Source: Mobula hypostoma
Lineage: Eukaryota
Assembly (NCBI RefSeq): GCF_963921235.1
Contig: NC_086108.1
Coordinates: 37,078,001-37,142,000 of the forward strand
Direction: 5' to 3'
DNA length: 64,000 nt
Shown here: positions 48,001 through 59,942 of the stretch, piece after piece
Layout: every line of letters begins with the position of its first letter
Position numbering within the stretch: position 1 is the stretch's first letter
Made by a program: the position numbers and the translations under genes
The notes under the pieces: model-generated
Seen by the model: only the letters and a program-made list of their open reading frames with translations
Database searches by the model: none
Told to the model about the DNA's origin: nothing

Positions 48001-49110
48001 GGTTAGGTGAGTGGGCAAATTCATGGCAGATGCAATTTAATGTGGATAAATGTAAGGTTATCCACTTTGGTGGCAAAAACAGGAAAACAGATTATTATCT
48101 GAATGGTGGCCGATTAGGAAAAGGGGAGGTGCAACGAAACCTGGCTGTCATTGTACACTAGTCATTTAAAGTGGGCATTCAGTTACAGCAGGCGGTGAAA
48201 AAGGCGATTGGTATGCTGGCATTCATAACAAGAGGATTCGAGTACAGGAGCAGGGAGGTACTACTGCAGTTGTACAAGGCCTTGGTGAGACCACACCTGG
48301 AGTATTGTGTGCAGTTTTGGTCCCCTAATCTGAGGAAAGACATCCTTGCCATAGAGGGAGTACAAAGAATGTTCACCAGATTGATTCCTGGGATGGCAGG
48401 ACTTTCATATGATGAAAGACTGGATCAACTAGGCTTATACTCGTTGGAATTTAGAAGATTGAGGGGGGATCTTATTGAAACGTATAAAATCCTAAAGGGA
48501 TTGGACAGGCTAGATGCAGGAAGATTGTTCCCGATGTCGGGGAAGTCCAGAACTAGGGGTCACAGTTTGAGGATGAAGGGGAAGCCTTTTATGACCGAGA
48601 TTAGGAAAAACTTCTTCACACAGATAGTGGTGAATCTGTGGAATTCTCTGCCACAGGAAACAGTTGAGGCCAGTTCATTGGCTATATTTAAGAGGGAGTT
48701 AGATAAGGCCCTTGTGGCTAAAGGGATGATGGGGTATGGAGGGAAGGCTGTTACAGGGTTCTGAGTTGGATGATCAGCCATGATCGTACTGAATGGCGGT
48801 GCAGGCTCGAAGGACCGAAGGGCCTACTCCTGCACCTACTTTCTATGTTTCTATGTTTCTAGAACATTAAATTAGAGGAAACTTAAATTCCTGGACCATG
48901 TCGTCAGGGATAAATAGAGTGCCTTACATTACAATGCTGTATGCCTGGGAAACACGGAAGAGGAAGGCAAAGAAGAAAATATATGGACAATGTGAAAGAA
49001 CTAACAGATCTAAGTGTGCAAGATATCATTGATGCTGTGAGGGATCGTTCGATGCGGAGAGCCATGATTGCCCGAGCGTGTAACGTGCAAGGCACTTAAT
49101 GAAGAAGAAG
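45055..49110 (+). mobile_element. RTE-clade LINE 3' part, split by a CR1 (45055-45652 and 48862-49110)
   Basis: INNIRYADDTTLIA, GLTINCKKTKCM and LLYASET motifs; after the CR1, KLKFL.HV.R and GRGRQRRKYMDNV; (GAA)n tail at 49101. Confidence 0.88.
45653..48861 (+). mobile_element. CR1 LINE: ORF1 end plus complete but disrupted ORF2
   Basis: NPRGTNILAGRLARA* (esterase-type ORF1 end); EN LCVNARSIRNK..GITETWL; RT ORF 47025..48161; stops/frameshifts at ~46310, ~46450, ~46815 and 48161; (TTTCTATG)n tail. Confidence 0.95.
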
Positions 49111-49974
49111 ATGTGTGTTGCTAATTCATGCTTAAGCATAAGTTCTATATGTCATGAATGTGATCATTTGTAGTTTTCAGTAAGTTGTTTGTCAGTCTTT
49201 GTGTCGTTTTTCATTGATTCTTATTGTATTTCTTTGTTCTCTGTGAATGCCTACAAGGAAATGAATCTCAGGGTAGTATATGGTGATAAATATGGACTTT
49301 GATAAGAAATTTATTTTGAGTTAATATTTACTTTGAATTTACAAGAACAGAAACATTACGTGAAGGAGACACTAGTCGCCGTCAAATCAAAAGCAATGAT
49401 CAAAGATAGGCTCACAATAAGTGCAAATATGTCACATGTTCCCAAGGGTTAATTGAGGAGAAATGATACTCACGGATTTTCAAATCAGCAACAACTCACA
49501 AATTACAATAATATCAGTAAATGATCATACAATCACCATTATAATCGCTGATTTCAGCTAAAGATGGAGTGATCGCAGGAATATTTGGCAAACTACTAAC
49601 TTTAAATAGTAACACACAATCACTTATTCCAATTTAAAAGTCCTTGCCTCATAATTCAATATTCTCTTAGCATCCCACATCATCAGAAGGGTGGAACAAT
49701 GTTTTGAAATGCACAATGGAAAAGAATTTGAAATTTATGCGCTCAGAAGCATCATCGTGCAGGCCATCACCAGATTACCGCAGAGTTCTATTTTTGTGAA
49801 CTGTTTGTAACTTGAACCAGTCACAAGTCAGAAATGCAACCACGGACCTTGTTTCCAGGCAGCAAAAGATGCCTGCAGAAGCTGGAGAATCGATGCCACC
49901 TATCTCCCAAATACTTGTAGACTGTATATAAGTCATGAGCTTGTAAGCTAGGAAGGACCTTAACTGCAATTGTT

Positions 49975-50290
49975 ACTGCTGTTGCCACTGACATTCAGCA
50001 ACTTGGTTTCAATCCTGTACACAGGTGCCATCTATGTGGAGTTTGCAAGTGATCATGTGGGTTTCTAACCTGATGTTCTTATTTCCTCCCACATTTGAAG
50101 GACATGCTGGTGGTGGATAAATTGTTATGGTAAATTATTTCTTGTGTAGCTGGATGACAAGAGAATTGGATAGAATTGATAGGCTTATGAAATATAAAGG
50201 TTATAGGGAATAAAGTGGGGAAATGCGGCTGAATGGATTGTTCTGAGAGTCTGCATAAATTTGACAGACCAAGTGACCTTCTCCGTTGTC
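49975..50290 (+). mobile_element. Degenerate V-SINE (HE1-like)
   Basis: B-box remnant ggtttcaatcc, V-domain-like tgtggagtttgca...gtgggtttc...tttcctcccacat, and a CR1-like tail. Confidence 0.65.
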
Positions 50291-51366
50291 AGAAATCCAT
50301 GAAACAAATGATCAGAAATATTTGATCACAAACCACTCTTCTGAAGGAAACGTTCAGTCCTTTTATTGACAGGCACACCTAATTACATTGTGCATTCTAT
50401 TTTCTATAAAGTATAAGAAATCAGCTTTTAGTAATTTGCTTACGAAAGGTTCAAAAATCTAGGTAATGATAGAGATCTAGATCTAGATTCTAAGGCTAGC
50501 AGGAAGAAGCTTAAGAGTGAAATTAGGAGAGCCAGAAGAGGTCATCAGAAGGCCTGGGCGGGCAGCACTAAAGAAAACCCCAAGGCATTCTACAAGTATG
50601 TGAAGAGAAAGAGGATAAGGTGTGAGAGAATAGGACCAATCAAGTGTGACAGTGGAAAAGTGTGTATGGAACCGGAGGAGATAGCAGAAGTACTTAATGA
50701 ATACTTTGCTTCAGTATTCACTACGGAAATGGATCTTGATGATTTTAGGGATGACTTACAACGGACTGAAAAGCTGGAGCATATAGATACAGTATTAAGA
50801 AAGAGGATGTGCTGGAGCATTTGGAAAGCATCAAGTTGGATAAGTCACCGGGATGGGACGAGATGTAGCCTAGGCTACTGTGGGAGGTGAGGGAGGAGAT
50901 TGCTAAGCCTCTGGCGATGATCTTTGCATCATCAATGGGGACGGGAGAGGTTCCGGAGGATTGGAGGGTTGTGGATGTTGTTCCCTTATTTAAGAAAGGG
51001 AGTAGAGATAGCCCAGGAAATTATAGACCAGTGAGTCTTACTTCAGTGGTTGGTAAGCTGATGGAAAAGATCCTGAGAGACGGGATTTATGAACATTTGG
51101 AGAGGCATAATATGATTAGAAATCGACAGCATGGCTTTGTCAAAGGCAGGTCGTGCCTTACGAGCATGATTGAGTTTTTTGAGGATGTGACTAAATACAT
51201 TGATGAAGGTAGAGCAGTAGATGTAGTGTATATGGATTTCAGCAAGTCATTTGACCAGGTACCCTATGGAAGGCTTATTAAGAAAGTAAGGAAGCATGGA
51301 ATCCAAGGGGACATTAATTTGTGGATCCAGAATTGGCTTGCCCACAGAAGGCAAAGAGTGGTTGTA

Positions 51367-51776
51367 AACAAAAAATACTCTGCAGATGCTGGGGTCAAAG
51401 CAACACTCAGAACACGCTGGAGGAACTCAGCAGGTCGGGCAGCATCCGTGGAAACGATCAGTCAACGTTTCGGGCTGGAACCCTTCGTCAGGACTGAAGA
51501 GGGAAGGGGCAGAGGCCCTATAAAGAAGGTGGGAGGAGGGTGTGAAGGAGAAGGCTGGTAGGTGCCAGGTGAAAAACCAGTAAGGGGAAAGATAAAGGGG
51601 TGGGGGAGGGGAAGCAGGGAGATGATGGGCAGGAAAGGTGAAGAAGGAATGGGGGAGAGCACAATGGGCACTAGTAGGAGGCGGAACCATGAGGGAAGTA
51701 GTAGGCAGCTGGGGGAGGGGCAGAGTGAAACTGGGATAGGGGAAGGGAGGGGGAGGGTATTACCGGAAGTTGGAGA
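51367..51776 (-). mobile_element. Penelope-derived tail element
   Basis: Perfect 14-bp TSD AAAGAGTGGTTGTA at 51353-51366 and 51777-51790. Confidence 0.9.
51458..51497 (-). ncRNA. Minimal type I hammerhead ribozyme motif (best-preserved copy)
   Basis: UCAGUC-CUGACGA-A-GGGU(UCCA)GCCC-GAAA-CG-UU-GACUGA: 6-bp helix I and a G10.1-C11.1 pair. Confidence 0.78.
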
Positions 51777-52369
51777 AAAGAGTGGTTGTAGATGTGTCAT
51801 ATTCTTCATGGAGGTCACTGACCAGTGGTGTGCCTCAGGGATCTGTTCTGGAACTCCTTCTCTTCATGATTTTTATAAATGACCTGGATGAGGAAGTGGA
51901 GGGATGGGTTAGTAAATTTGCTGATGACACAAAGCTTGGGTGTGTTGTGGATAGTGTGGAGGGCTATCAGAGGTTACAGCAGGACATTGATATGATGCAA
52001 AACTGGGCTGAGCAGCAGCAGATGGAGTTCAACCCAGATAAGTGTGAGGTGGTTCATTTTGGTAGGTCAAATATGATGGCAAAATATAGTATTAATGGTA
52101 AGACTCTTGGTAGTGTGGAGGATCAGAGGGATCTTGGGGTCGAATCCATAAGACACTCAAAGCTGCTGTGCAGGTTGACTTTGTGGTTAGGAAGGCATAT
52201 GGTGCATTGGCTTTCATCAGCTGTGAGATTGAGTTTAAAAGCCGAGAAGTAATGTTGCAGCTATATAGGACCCTGGAAAGACCCCACTTCAAGTATTGTG
52301 CTCAGTTCTAGTCACCTCACTACAGGAAGGATGTGGAAACCATACAAAGGGTGCAGGGGAGATTTACGA

Positions 52370-53188
52370 TGTTACATACCCCATGGGTATCTTGTGACTG
52401 TCTTATGACCATGATGTGATAGTCTTGCGGAGGTCACATGATGTAATTTTCCCGCCAGTGAGGTCATATGATGACCTGTTCTCAACAGGTATATAAAGGA
52501 GACCCCTGATGTGACACCGTTAGTTTTCAGTTTAGTTTTGTGTTAGATACTCCGTTTTGCTGCATATTCAGCTTATGACGCAGTTTTATTTTAAAGTGGA
52601 ATTCTACTTTCTATTGTAAGTAGTATTGGAGAATGAAGACCTTACCGAAGTTCAGGAATTCGCCGAGTTGAGTAAAGCTGATATCGTTTGGCAGTTTTGG
52701 AGAGGATTGAACTTTATTGAATCTTTATTCAAGAAGAAGTGACCTGCAACTGAGATATCCCCTGCTAAAGTAGGAAGGATAGTGCAGTGTCTATTCTCCA
52801 GAGGAAAAGGTCAGTTCCTACAAACCGTTTTATTTCCGTCGTTGTGAATCCTGCGGACAAGGCAGGTTCCGGCTGGGATCAGCAGTAATGTCATGTCTTC
52901 GAGGAATTCTTTACTTCAGGAAAGTCTCTCCTAATTGACTGTATAAATCTCTTGGACTTTCGAATTTACCATTTTAAGTACTGTGTTCGAATTTACCATT
53001 TTAAGAACTGTTTTTTCATTTACCCTTTTAAGAACTATTCCAGAGTTGCCGTATAGCAGTTAACTTCTGGTTAAGTCAGTCGTTTAAATACATTTCGTTA
53101 TTTTTTTTGAGCAGAGTTTAATAAACGTTTGTTTGTTTCTGATAAAACCTGACTCGATTCTATATTCATTGTTGCCAGTCACGTGACA
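52370..53188 (+). mobile_element. Solo LTR (819 bp)
   Basis: TGTTAC...GTGACA inverted ends, TATATAAA near 52490, AATAAA near 53120, 4-bp TSD acga/acaa; interrupts the CR1 frame. Confidence 0.85.
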
Positions 53189-55972
53189 ACAAGAATGTTG
53201 CCTGGATTGGGAAGCATGCCTTACGAGAATAGATTAAGTGAACTTGGCCTTTTCTCCTTGGAGCGATGGAGGATGAGAGGTGACCTGATAGAGGTTTATA
53301 AGATGATGAGAGACATTGATCATATGGATAGGCAGAGGCTTTTTCTCAGGGCTGAAGTGGCTTAGATGAGAGGCCACATTTTTAGGGTGCTTTGAAGTAG
53401 GTACAGAGGAGATGTCAGGGGTAAATTTTTTTACACAGAGAGTGGTGAGTGCATGGAATGGGCTGCCGGCGACAGTGGTGGAGGCGGATACGATAAGGTC
53501 TTTTTTTTCCATACTTTATTTTCAAAATTTTCAAAAAAAAATAACGAAATCAACAAGAACATACCAGCTCAGACATGCGTAAAAATGAAATAAGTGAAAA
53601 AAAAGGGACATAACATTAGAGGGACGCCTATTTTACAAAGTGTTCAAAAATACTAAACATTAAATCTCAAATGAGGGCCGTGAGAAATCAGCTGGGCGGA
53701 AATTGCTCACCTGCCCCCGGCCTTGTCCAGGTAGGCAAGGAATGGATCCCAGATAGCCGAAAACGTTTTAATTGAATTGGTTCTCAGAACCTAAGTTTCT
53801 CCATCTGTATGACTGAGGTTATGTCAGCCATCCATCTCCGAAAGGAAGGGGGAGAGGGTGATTTCCATTCCCTCAAGATAAGTCTTTTGGCGACAATCAT
53901 CCCCAGCATCAGAGACTGTTGTATGGCTGCAGGGAAACAAATAGTAGATTGCGAGCAGCCAAATATGGTGAGACCAGCTTCCAAGAGGAAAGATCTTTTA
54001 TTGGCCTTTGAGTACCAGTCGAATATTTTGGACCAAAATCCAGTCAGTAATGGGCAAAACCAAAAGGTGTGTGACAACGTGGCCTCCGTCCCTTGGCATC
54101 TATCACACATTGGCAAGACAGAAGGATAAATCCTGCGCAATCTAAATTTAGAGTAGTGGAGGTGGTGGTCAACTTTAAACTGGATCAGTTGGTGCCTGTT
54201 GTTAACAGAGCAAGCCTGTATCATAGACAAACACTTGTCCCAGGCAGCTTCAGATAATTCAATGCCCAACTCCTCTCTCCAGATATCTCTAATCTTCACA
54301 GTAGTCGCTACAGTGCAATCATCAAACAAACGTACAAACTTAGAAACGAGATGCCTGGAGTCAGGAGGGTTCTTTAAAATATCAAAAAATATATGTCTCC
54401 CTGGAAGTATTTCAAAATTACAAATCTTAGATTGAATGTAGTGTCTAATTTGTAAATAACGAAAAAAGTGCGAATGTTGCAAACTGTCTCTCTATGTACA
54501 GCGCTTCAATAGAAACTAGACCCTTCTCCCTCCGAGCATGGTAGGTTTTATCTGACCGTGAGGGTAGAAAGGAGTGATTGAAACAGATTGGTGTTTGTAC
54601 AGAGGTCTCTGGTAAATTCAGAATGCTCCTAATCTGATTTAGAATTCTGACGGAATTTTTCAAACCAAAACTCAAACTTTTTGAAGTCCCAGCCTTCTCT
54701 AACTTAGAGTATCCCGATAGTCTGCCAAAAGAGGTGATTAAATCTAGAAGAAGAGGGACTGACTTTTCTAAGTTTTGTAGGTAAAGTATGACATCGTCAG
54801 CATATAAACTAATAAGTGTTTCAATACCTCCCACTTTCAAACCCACAATATTTGGTTGACTTCTTATTTTTAGGGCAATGGGCTCTACTGCGACGGCAAA
54901 AAGGGCCGGCGAGAGAGGGCACCCCTGCTGGACTGAACGGTGTAGGGGAAAAGAGTTGAATTGTCACCATTAGTTATAATAAAACACATTGGGCTGGCGT
55001 ATATCAGTTTTACCCAGGATATAAATGACTCGCCGAACCCAAACCTGTACAGTGACTCAAACATGTAAGGCCAATCAATCTGGTCAAAAGCCTTCTGTGC
55101 ATCAAGGGATAAAATTGCTGCCCCATTAGCTTTCCCATGATCAGCATATATAGTATTAAGGAGGCATCTGACATTGGAAAAAGAGAACCTACGCGGGACA
55201 AATCCTGTCTGATCAGGATGAATGATAGATGACAAATGCTTATTTAGACAGTTAGCCAGCATTTTAGTAATTACTTTTTTATTGAAATTCTGGAGTGCAA
55301 TGGGCCTATAGCTGGCCGGGTCTGTTTCCTCTTTACCTTTCTTTAAAATGAGGGAAATGTTAGCCTCGTACAATGTTTTAGGCAAGGCTTTATCTCTGTT
55401 AGAGCAAAATATCATTCTGAGGAGAAGTGGGGCAAAATATCACAAAATTTCTTCTAAAATTCACAGCCAAATTCATCTGGCCCAGCAGCCTAGTCGGACA
55501 GAAATGACTTAATGGCAGACGTTATTTCTTCCAATGTGAGGTCAGAATTTAGGTCCTCCCTAGCCTGCGTTACTAAGTTTCGGCATTACAGAAGAATCAA
55601 AGAAGTCATTCAAATCAGATTTGAGTGGCATTGCATTAGGAGGTGTAGAGTTCACTGTAAAATTCTTTAAGACCGTCATTTATCTCTCTGGGGTTAGTTA
55701 ACAGGGTACCCGTCCTCGATCTAATGCAGTGAATTGACCTTAGGGTCTGGGCGCCCCTGCACTACTGAGCCAGGAGCCCCTCAGGCTTGTCCCCCATTTC
55801 AAAATGCCTTTGTCTTAATTTTAAGAGGGGGTTATTTATTTGACTACCCAAGATACAATTGTACTCATATTTAAGCTTCATTTTTTTAAATAATCTTCAG
55901 AGGACTTTGAAACCTGGTATGTCGCTTTGAGAGTTGGGAGAGTATTCCCAATCTCTAATAATCGCCCTTCTC

Positions 55973-56754
55973 ACCAAAACCAAGGAGATGATCGTCGATT
56001 TCAGACGGTCTCAGCCTAAGCACACACCCCTCAGCATCAGCGGCTCCACAGTGGAGAGAGTGGAAAACACCAAGTTCCTTGGGGTGCAGATCTCGGACAA
56101 TCTCACCTGGTCCAGGAACACCACTGGGATTGTGAAACGGGCCCAGCAGAGATTGCACTTTCTGAGGAAGCTTAAACAAGCATCACTCCCCACTAACGTC
56201 TTAACTACATTCTACAGAGGCGTGGTTGAGAGTGTGCTGACCTTTTGCATCACAACCTGGTACTCCAGCTGCAGTGCTGTCGACAAAAAAGCCTTGCAGA
56301 GGGTGGTTAGGGGAGCAGGGAAGGTTATTGGGGTCTCCCTACTTTCTGTCCAAGACCTCTTTCAGAGTCGATGCCTCCAGAAGACACGGTACATCATTAA
56401 AGACCCCTCGCACCCTCTCCATGAACTGTTTGTTCTTCTGCCATCAGGCAAATGTTACAGCAGCATCAAAACTAAAACCACAAGGCTACTAAACAGCTTC
56501 CTCCCACAGGCAGTCAGACTGCTAAATAGCTTCTCCACCTGACTCTGCTTTGGACACTTTTAACTTGCACTGGACACTTATAGCTGATTTTAACTGACAT
56601 GTGGCTGTTGTGTTTTACTATTTATTGTTATGTTTGTTATTTAGTGTTGCGTTTGTTATGTTATGATTGCACTGCTCCTGGGAAATGCTGTCTCATTCTG
56701 CCCTGCAGAGCTGATGTATGGTTAGAATGACAATAAAGTTTTTGAATCTTGAAT
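55973..56754 (+). mobile_element. Rex1/Babar-type LINE 3' fragment nested in L1 ORF2
   Basis: Open frame KTKEMIVDFRR..FLGVQISDNLTW..QAVRLLN; AATAAA and (TTGAATC)n tail; candidate TSD cttctc. Confidence 0.88.
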
Positions 56755-58353
56755 CTTCTCTCTCCCCCTTAGCAGTGGACTTATATGAAATTATATACCC
56801 ACAAATTACAACTTTTAATGTCTCCCAGAGTGTGGTATCTGACACCTCGCCATTATTGTTAATTTCTATAAAATCTTTTAACCTGGTGGTGATATTTTCT
56901 ATAAATTTCTTATCGGCAAGTACGGAGAGGTTAAAATGCCAGGAATCAATTTGTTTGGAAAGGAAGAGATTTAGGGACATTGTCAAGGGGCTTTGGTCAG
57001 AAATTAATCTATTATTGTATTTTGTATTGGTAACACGAGATATTAAATGAGAGTCAATCAAAAAAATAGTCTATTCTACTATAATATTTGTGAACATGAA
57101 AATAATAAGAATAGTCCTTGTCGGTGGAATATTGAATTCACCAAATATCTACTAAATTCCTAGATTCAATCAAATTATTTAGGACCTGCACTGACACGAT
57201 ATTTGAGGACGGGTGGGAGGATAATCTATCTAAATATGGATCTAGGTAGCAATTCAAGTCACCGCTGATTATTATATTTGAATTACTGGCATCCGGAAGT
57301 AAATCAAAAACTTTCCTAAAAAAATTTGGCTGGTCTGTGTTTGGACCTTAAATATTAAGGAAGGTTAGAGCAAAAGAATTAATGGTGTCAGAGATCATAA
57401 TAAACCTGCCGAGAGGATCTGTGGTCATGGAAGTGAGTTGAAATGGAATATTTTTCCTAAAGAGGGTAGCCACACCACGGGCATGAGAAGTAAATGGTGA
57501 CTGGTAAACCTGCGATATCCAGCTCGACCTCAATCTGCGTAGCTCAGTTACTTTGATATGGGTTTCCTGTAGAAAAATCACATCTGCAGATAGAGATTTG
57601 AGATGTCTAAAAACTTTATCCCTCTTAGCAACATGACCAAGGCCCTTAACATTCCACGAGACTATTGTAATAGCTTTACCCCGCCGCCCCAGCTGCATAC
57701 TACCGCAAGGCCTCTGCATATGCGAACAAAAAAAGAGATTATTAGAGTTGAGCACAAACATAGTAAACAATGCAAAATAGCTGGCAGCCTCATAAAAACA
57801 CAACATACACAAAAAAAAAAGTCTGAGCCATAGACAAGAACAACACCCACCCTAACCCACCCCCCTTTGTCTCTCCCTAAACCAGACACATAGTTCCCCA
57901 TTTCCATCCCAAAAGGAGTTGCTGGGCAGGTAACTAACATTACAGAATTATCACAAACCCCCTCTCCAAGAAAATTTATAACACCAACTAAATAATACTG
58001 TTAAACAAATGCCATTAGGGCTGAGGAGAGTTATCCAATGTCCGCATCTGAAGCTGGACATTCATGACACCAACTCAAATTTAACCCTTATAATAACAGA
58101 AATACTTAGAACATTCTCTGCAATGAAATCCCAGCGTGGCATACAGCATTGTAAAACTACATATAACAAGCAGATCCCTCCCCTTATCCCAACATGGAAA
58201 CCGGCACAAATATAAGCTGAATGAGCAGTGTCAATATATCTACTCCCTTTTGCGTGCGTTATTCCTTTCAAAGAATTGTGCTGCTTCTATTGGGTCGTCG
58301 TATACTTTCGGTGCTCTTCCATCCTGAAGATAAATATAGAGCCTAGCCGGATA

Positions 58354-59942
58354 CAGGTTTCCCCCGCCATCCGAAGGTAGAGTGTTCCTACGAAACAGTT
58401 CGTAAGCCGAAATGTCGTAAAGTGAAGCAGCAATTACCATTTATTTATATGGGAAAATTTTGTGAGCGTTCGCAGACCCAAAAATAACCTGCCAAATCAT
58501 GCCAAATAACACAGAAAACCTAAAATAACAGTAATATATAGTAAAAGCAGGAATGATATGATAAATACACAGCCTATATAAATAGAAATACTTTTCTGCA
58601 ACGATTACCTGCACAGATCTCCGTAGCGAAAATCTCACGCAAGTGCTCTCGGCAGAAAATCTCACGCAAGCGCTGTTGGCATAAATGCGCTCTCCAGTAA
58701 CCTTTAAACTATGAAGCTGCCAAATCTACCAAATAACACGTAAAAATACACAGCTGATATAAAGTAGAAATAATGTATGTACAGTGTAGTATCACTTACC
58801 GGAATTGGGAAAGTGTGGAGCACACTGATGGTGGTGTGTTAGGGTGAGTCGTCACAGGTTGGGTGGTGCAGCGGCCCCACCCTCCGGGCCACCGACCCGA
58901 TACATTGCCGCGAAGCACGCAGGGGTAGCCAGGAGGCACACAGCACATCTTTAAGAAAAAAGCCGAAATAAACATGCTAATTAATTAGGTGCTGCCCAGC
59001 ACGTAAATGTCGGTGCAGATCAGAGGCGACTGCCGATTGCGTCGTCTCTGATCTGGGCCGACAATTAGGTGTCAGGCAGCACCTAATTAATTAGCATGTT
59101 TATTTCCGCTTTTTTCTTAAAGATGTGCTGTGTGCGTCCCGGCTACCGTTGCATTTTCCGCGAATCGGTATCTGTCCGTGGCCTGGGGGTTGGGGTGGTG
59201 GGACACCGGGGTGTCATCTTGTCATCTGTTTCCATTAGAGCAGGTGGCTCATCTTCTTCTATCTCTGCCCGGCTCGATGTTGAAGGTTGAGGTTCGTCGT
59301 CTGCTGTGGCTGATGTGGAAGGCTTGCTTGACTGCTGAGCCTCACGCATTTTTCTATCACACAGTTCTTTAATAAGGACTCAAACCATCCTGCAGATATC
59401 TCCTAAACCGATGTACCCTTTCAAAATTAAAGTCATACTTTATCATTACTCATTCGGTTTCGATTGTTATCCTTTTTTCTTCCAATTGCATCAGCTCTTC
59501 ATCTGTCAGTTCTTGGTGATGGGATGCCAAAACCTCTTCAACATCATGTTCATCAGCTTCCACAAGCCAAACTCACGTTGTCCTTACTTCGTTCACCATG
59601 ATCAAAAGGCTTAATTATGTCTAGTTTTAACATAAGTGTAACACCCTTACGAGCTCTTTCAGGCTTTTCCAATACAGTACCATAGAACTCATCTTGCAAG
59701 CGGCTGCTCACATGCACGTGTTTAAGTAATGCCGTTCCGAATCCAGGGAGAGCGGCTGCTCGGGGCGCGCTCTGCCTTTTATCGCGCGCTGATTTTTTCG
59801 CGTGCTGATATTTTGATCGCGCGCTGAATTATTTTTCGCAACAGTGAAAACACCTTCTGAAAGCGAAAACAGGGTACTAATGTAGGTCTTTCGTAACAGT
59901 GAGGTTTCGTAAAGCGAACGTTCGCAAAGTGGGGGACACCAG
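58354..59942 (-). mobile_element. Tigger/pogo-like non-autonomous DNA transposon nested in L1 ORF1
   Basis: TA TSDs; imperfect TIRs CAGGTTTCCCCCG / CTGGTGTCCCCCA; transposase C-terminal remnant EDVEEVLASH.QELTDEELMQL; L1 ORF1 rejoins as KHTLLY|PARL. Confidence 0.88.

Noticed and set aside
49779..49872. 94-nt minus-strand exon candidate
   Set aside because: Splice dinucleotides are present, but the peptide is unrecognised and there is no other support.
50887..51561. 224-aa ORF fusing CR1 RT to a novel C-terminus
   Set aside because: Chance read-through into the antisense Penelope insertion, which is delimited by a TSD.
52955..53040. CRISPR-like repeats (gaatttaccattttaag x3)
   Set aside because: Short tandem units inside an LTR, with no unique spacers and no cas genes, in eukaryotic DNA.
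55934..56542. 202-aa ORF as a host gene
   Set aside because: C-terminal part of a Rex1-type RT; the start is borrowed from antisense L1 sequence.
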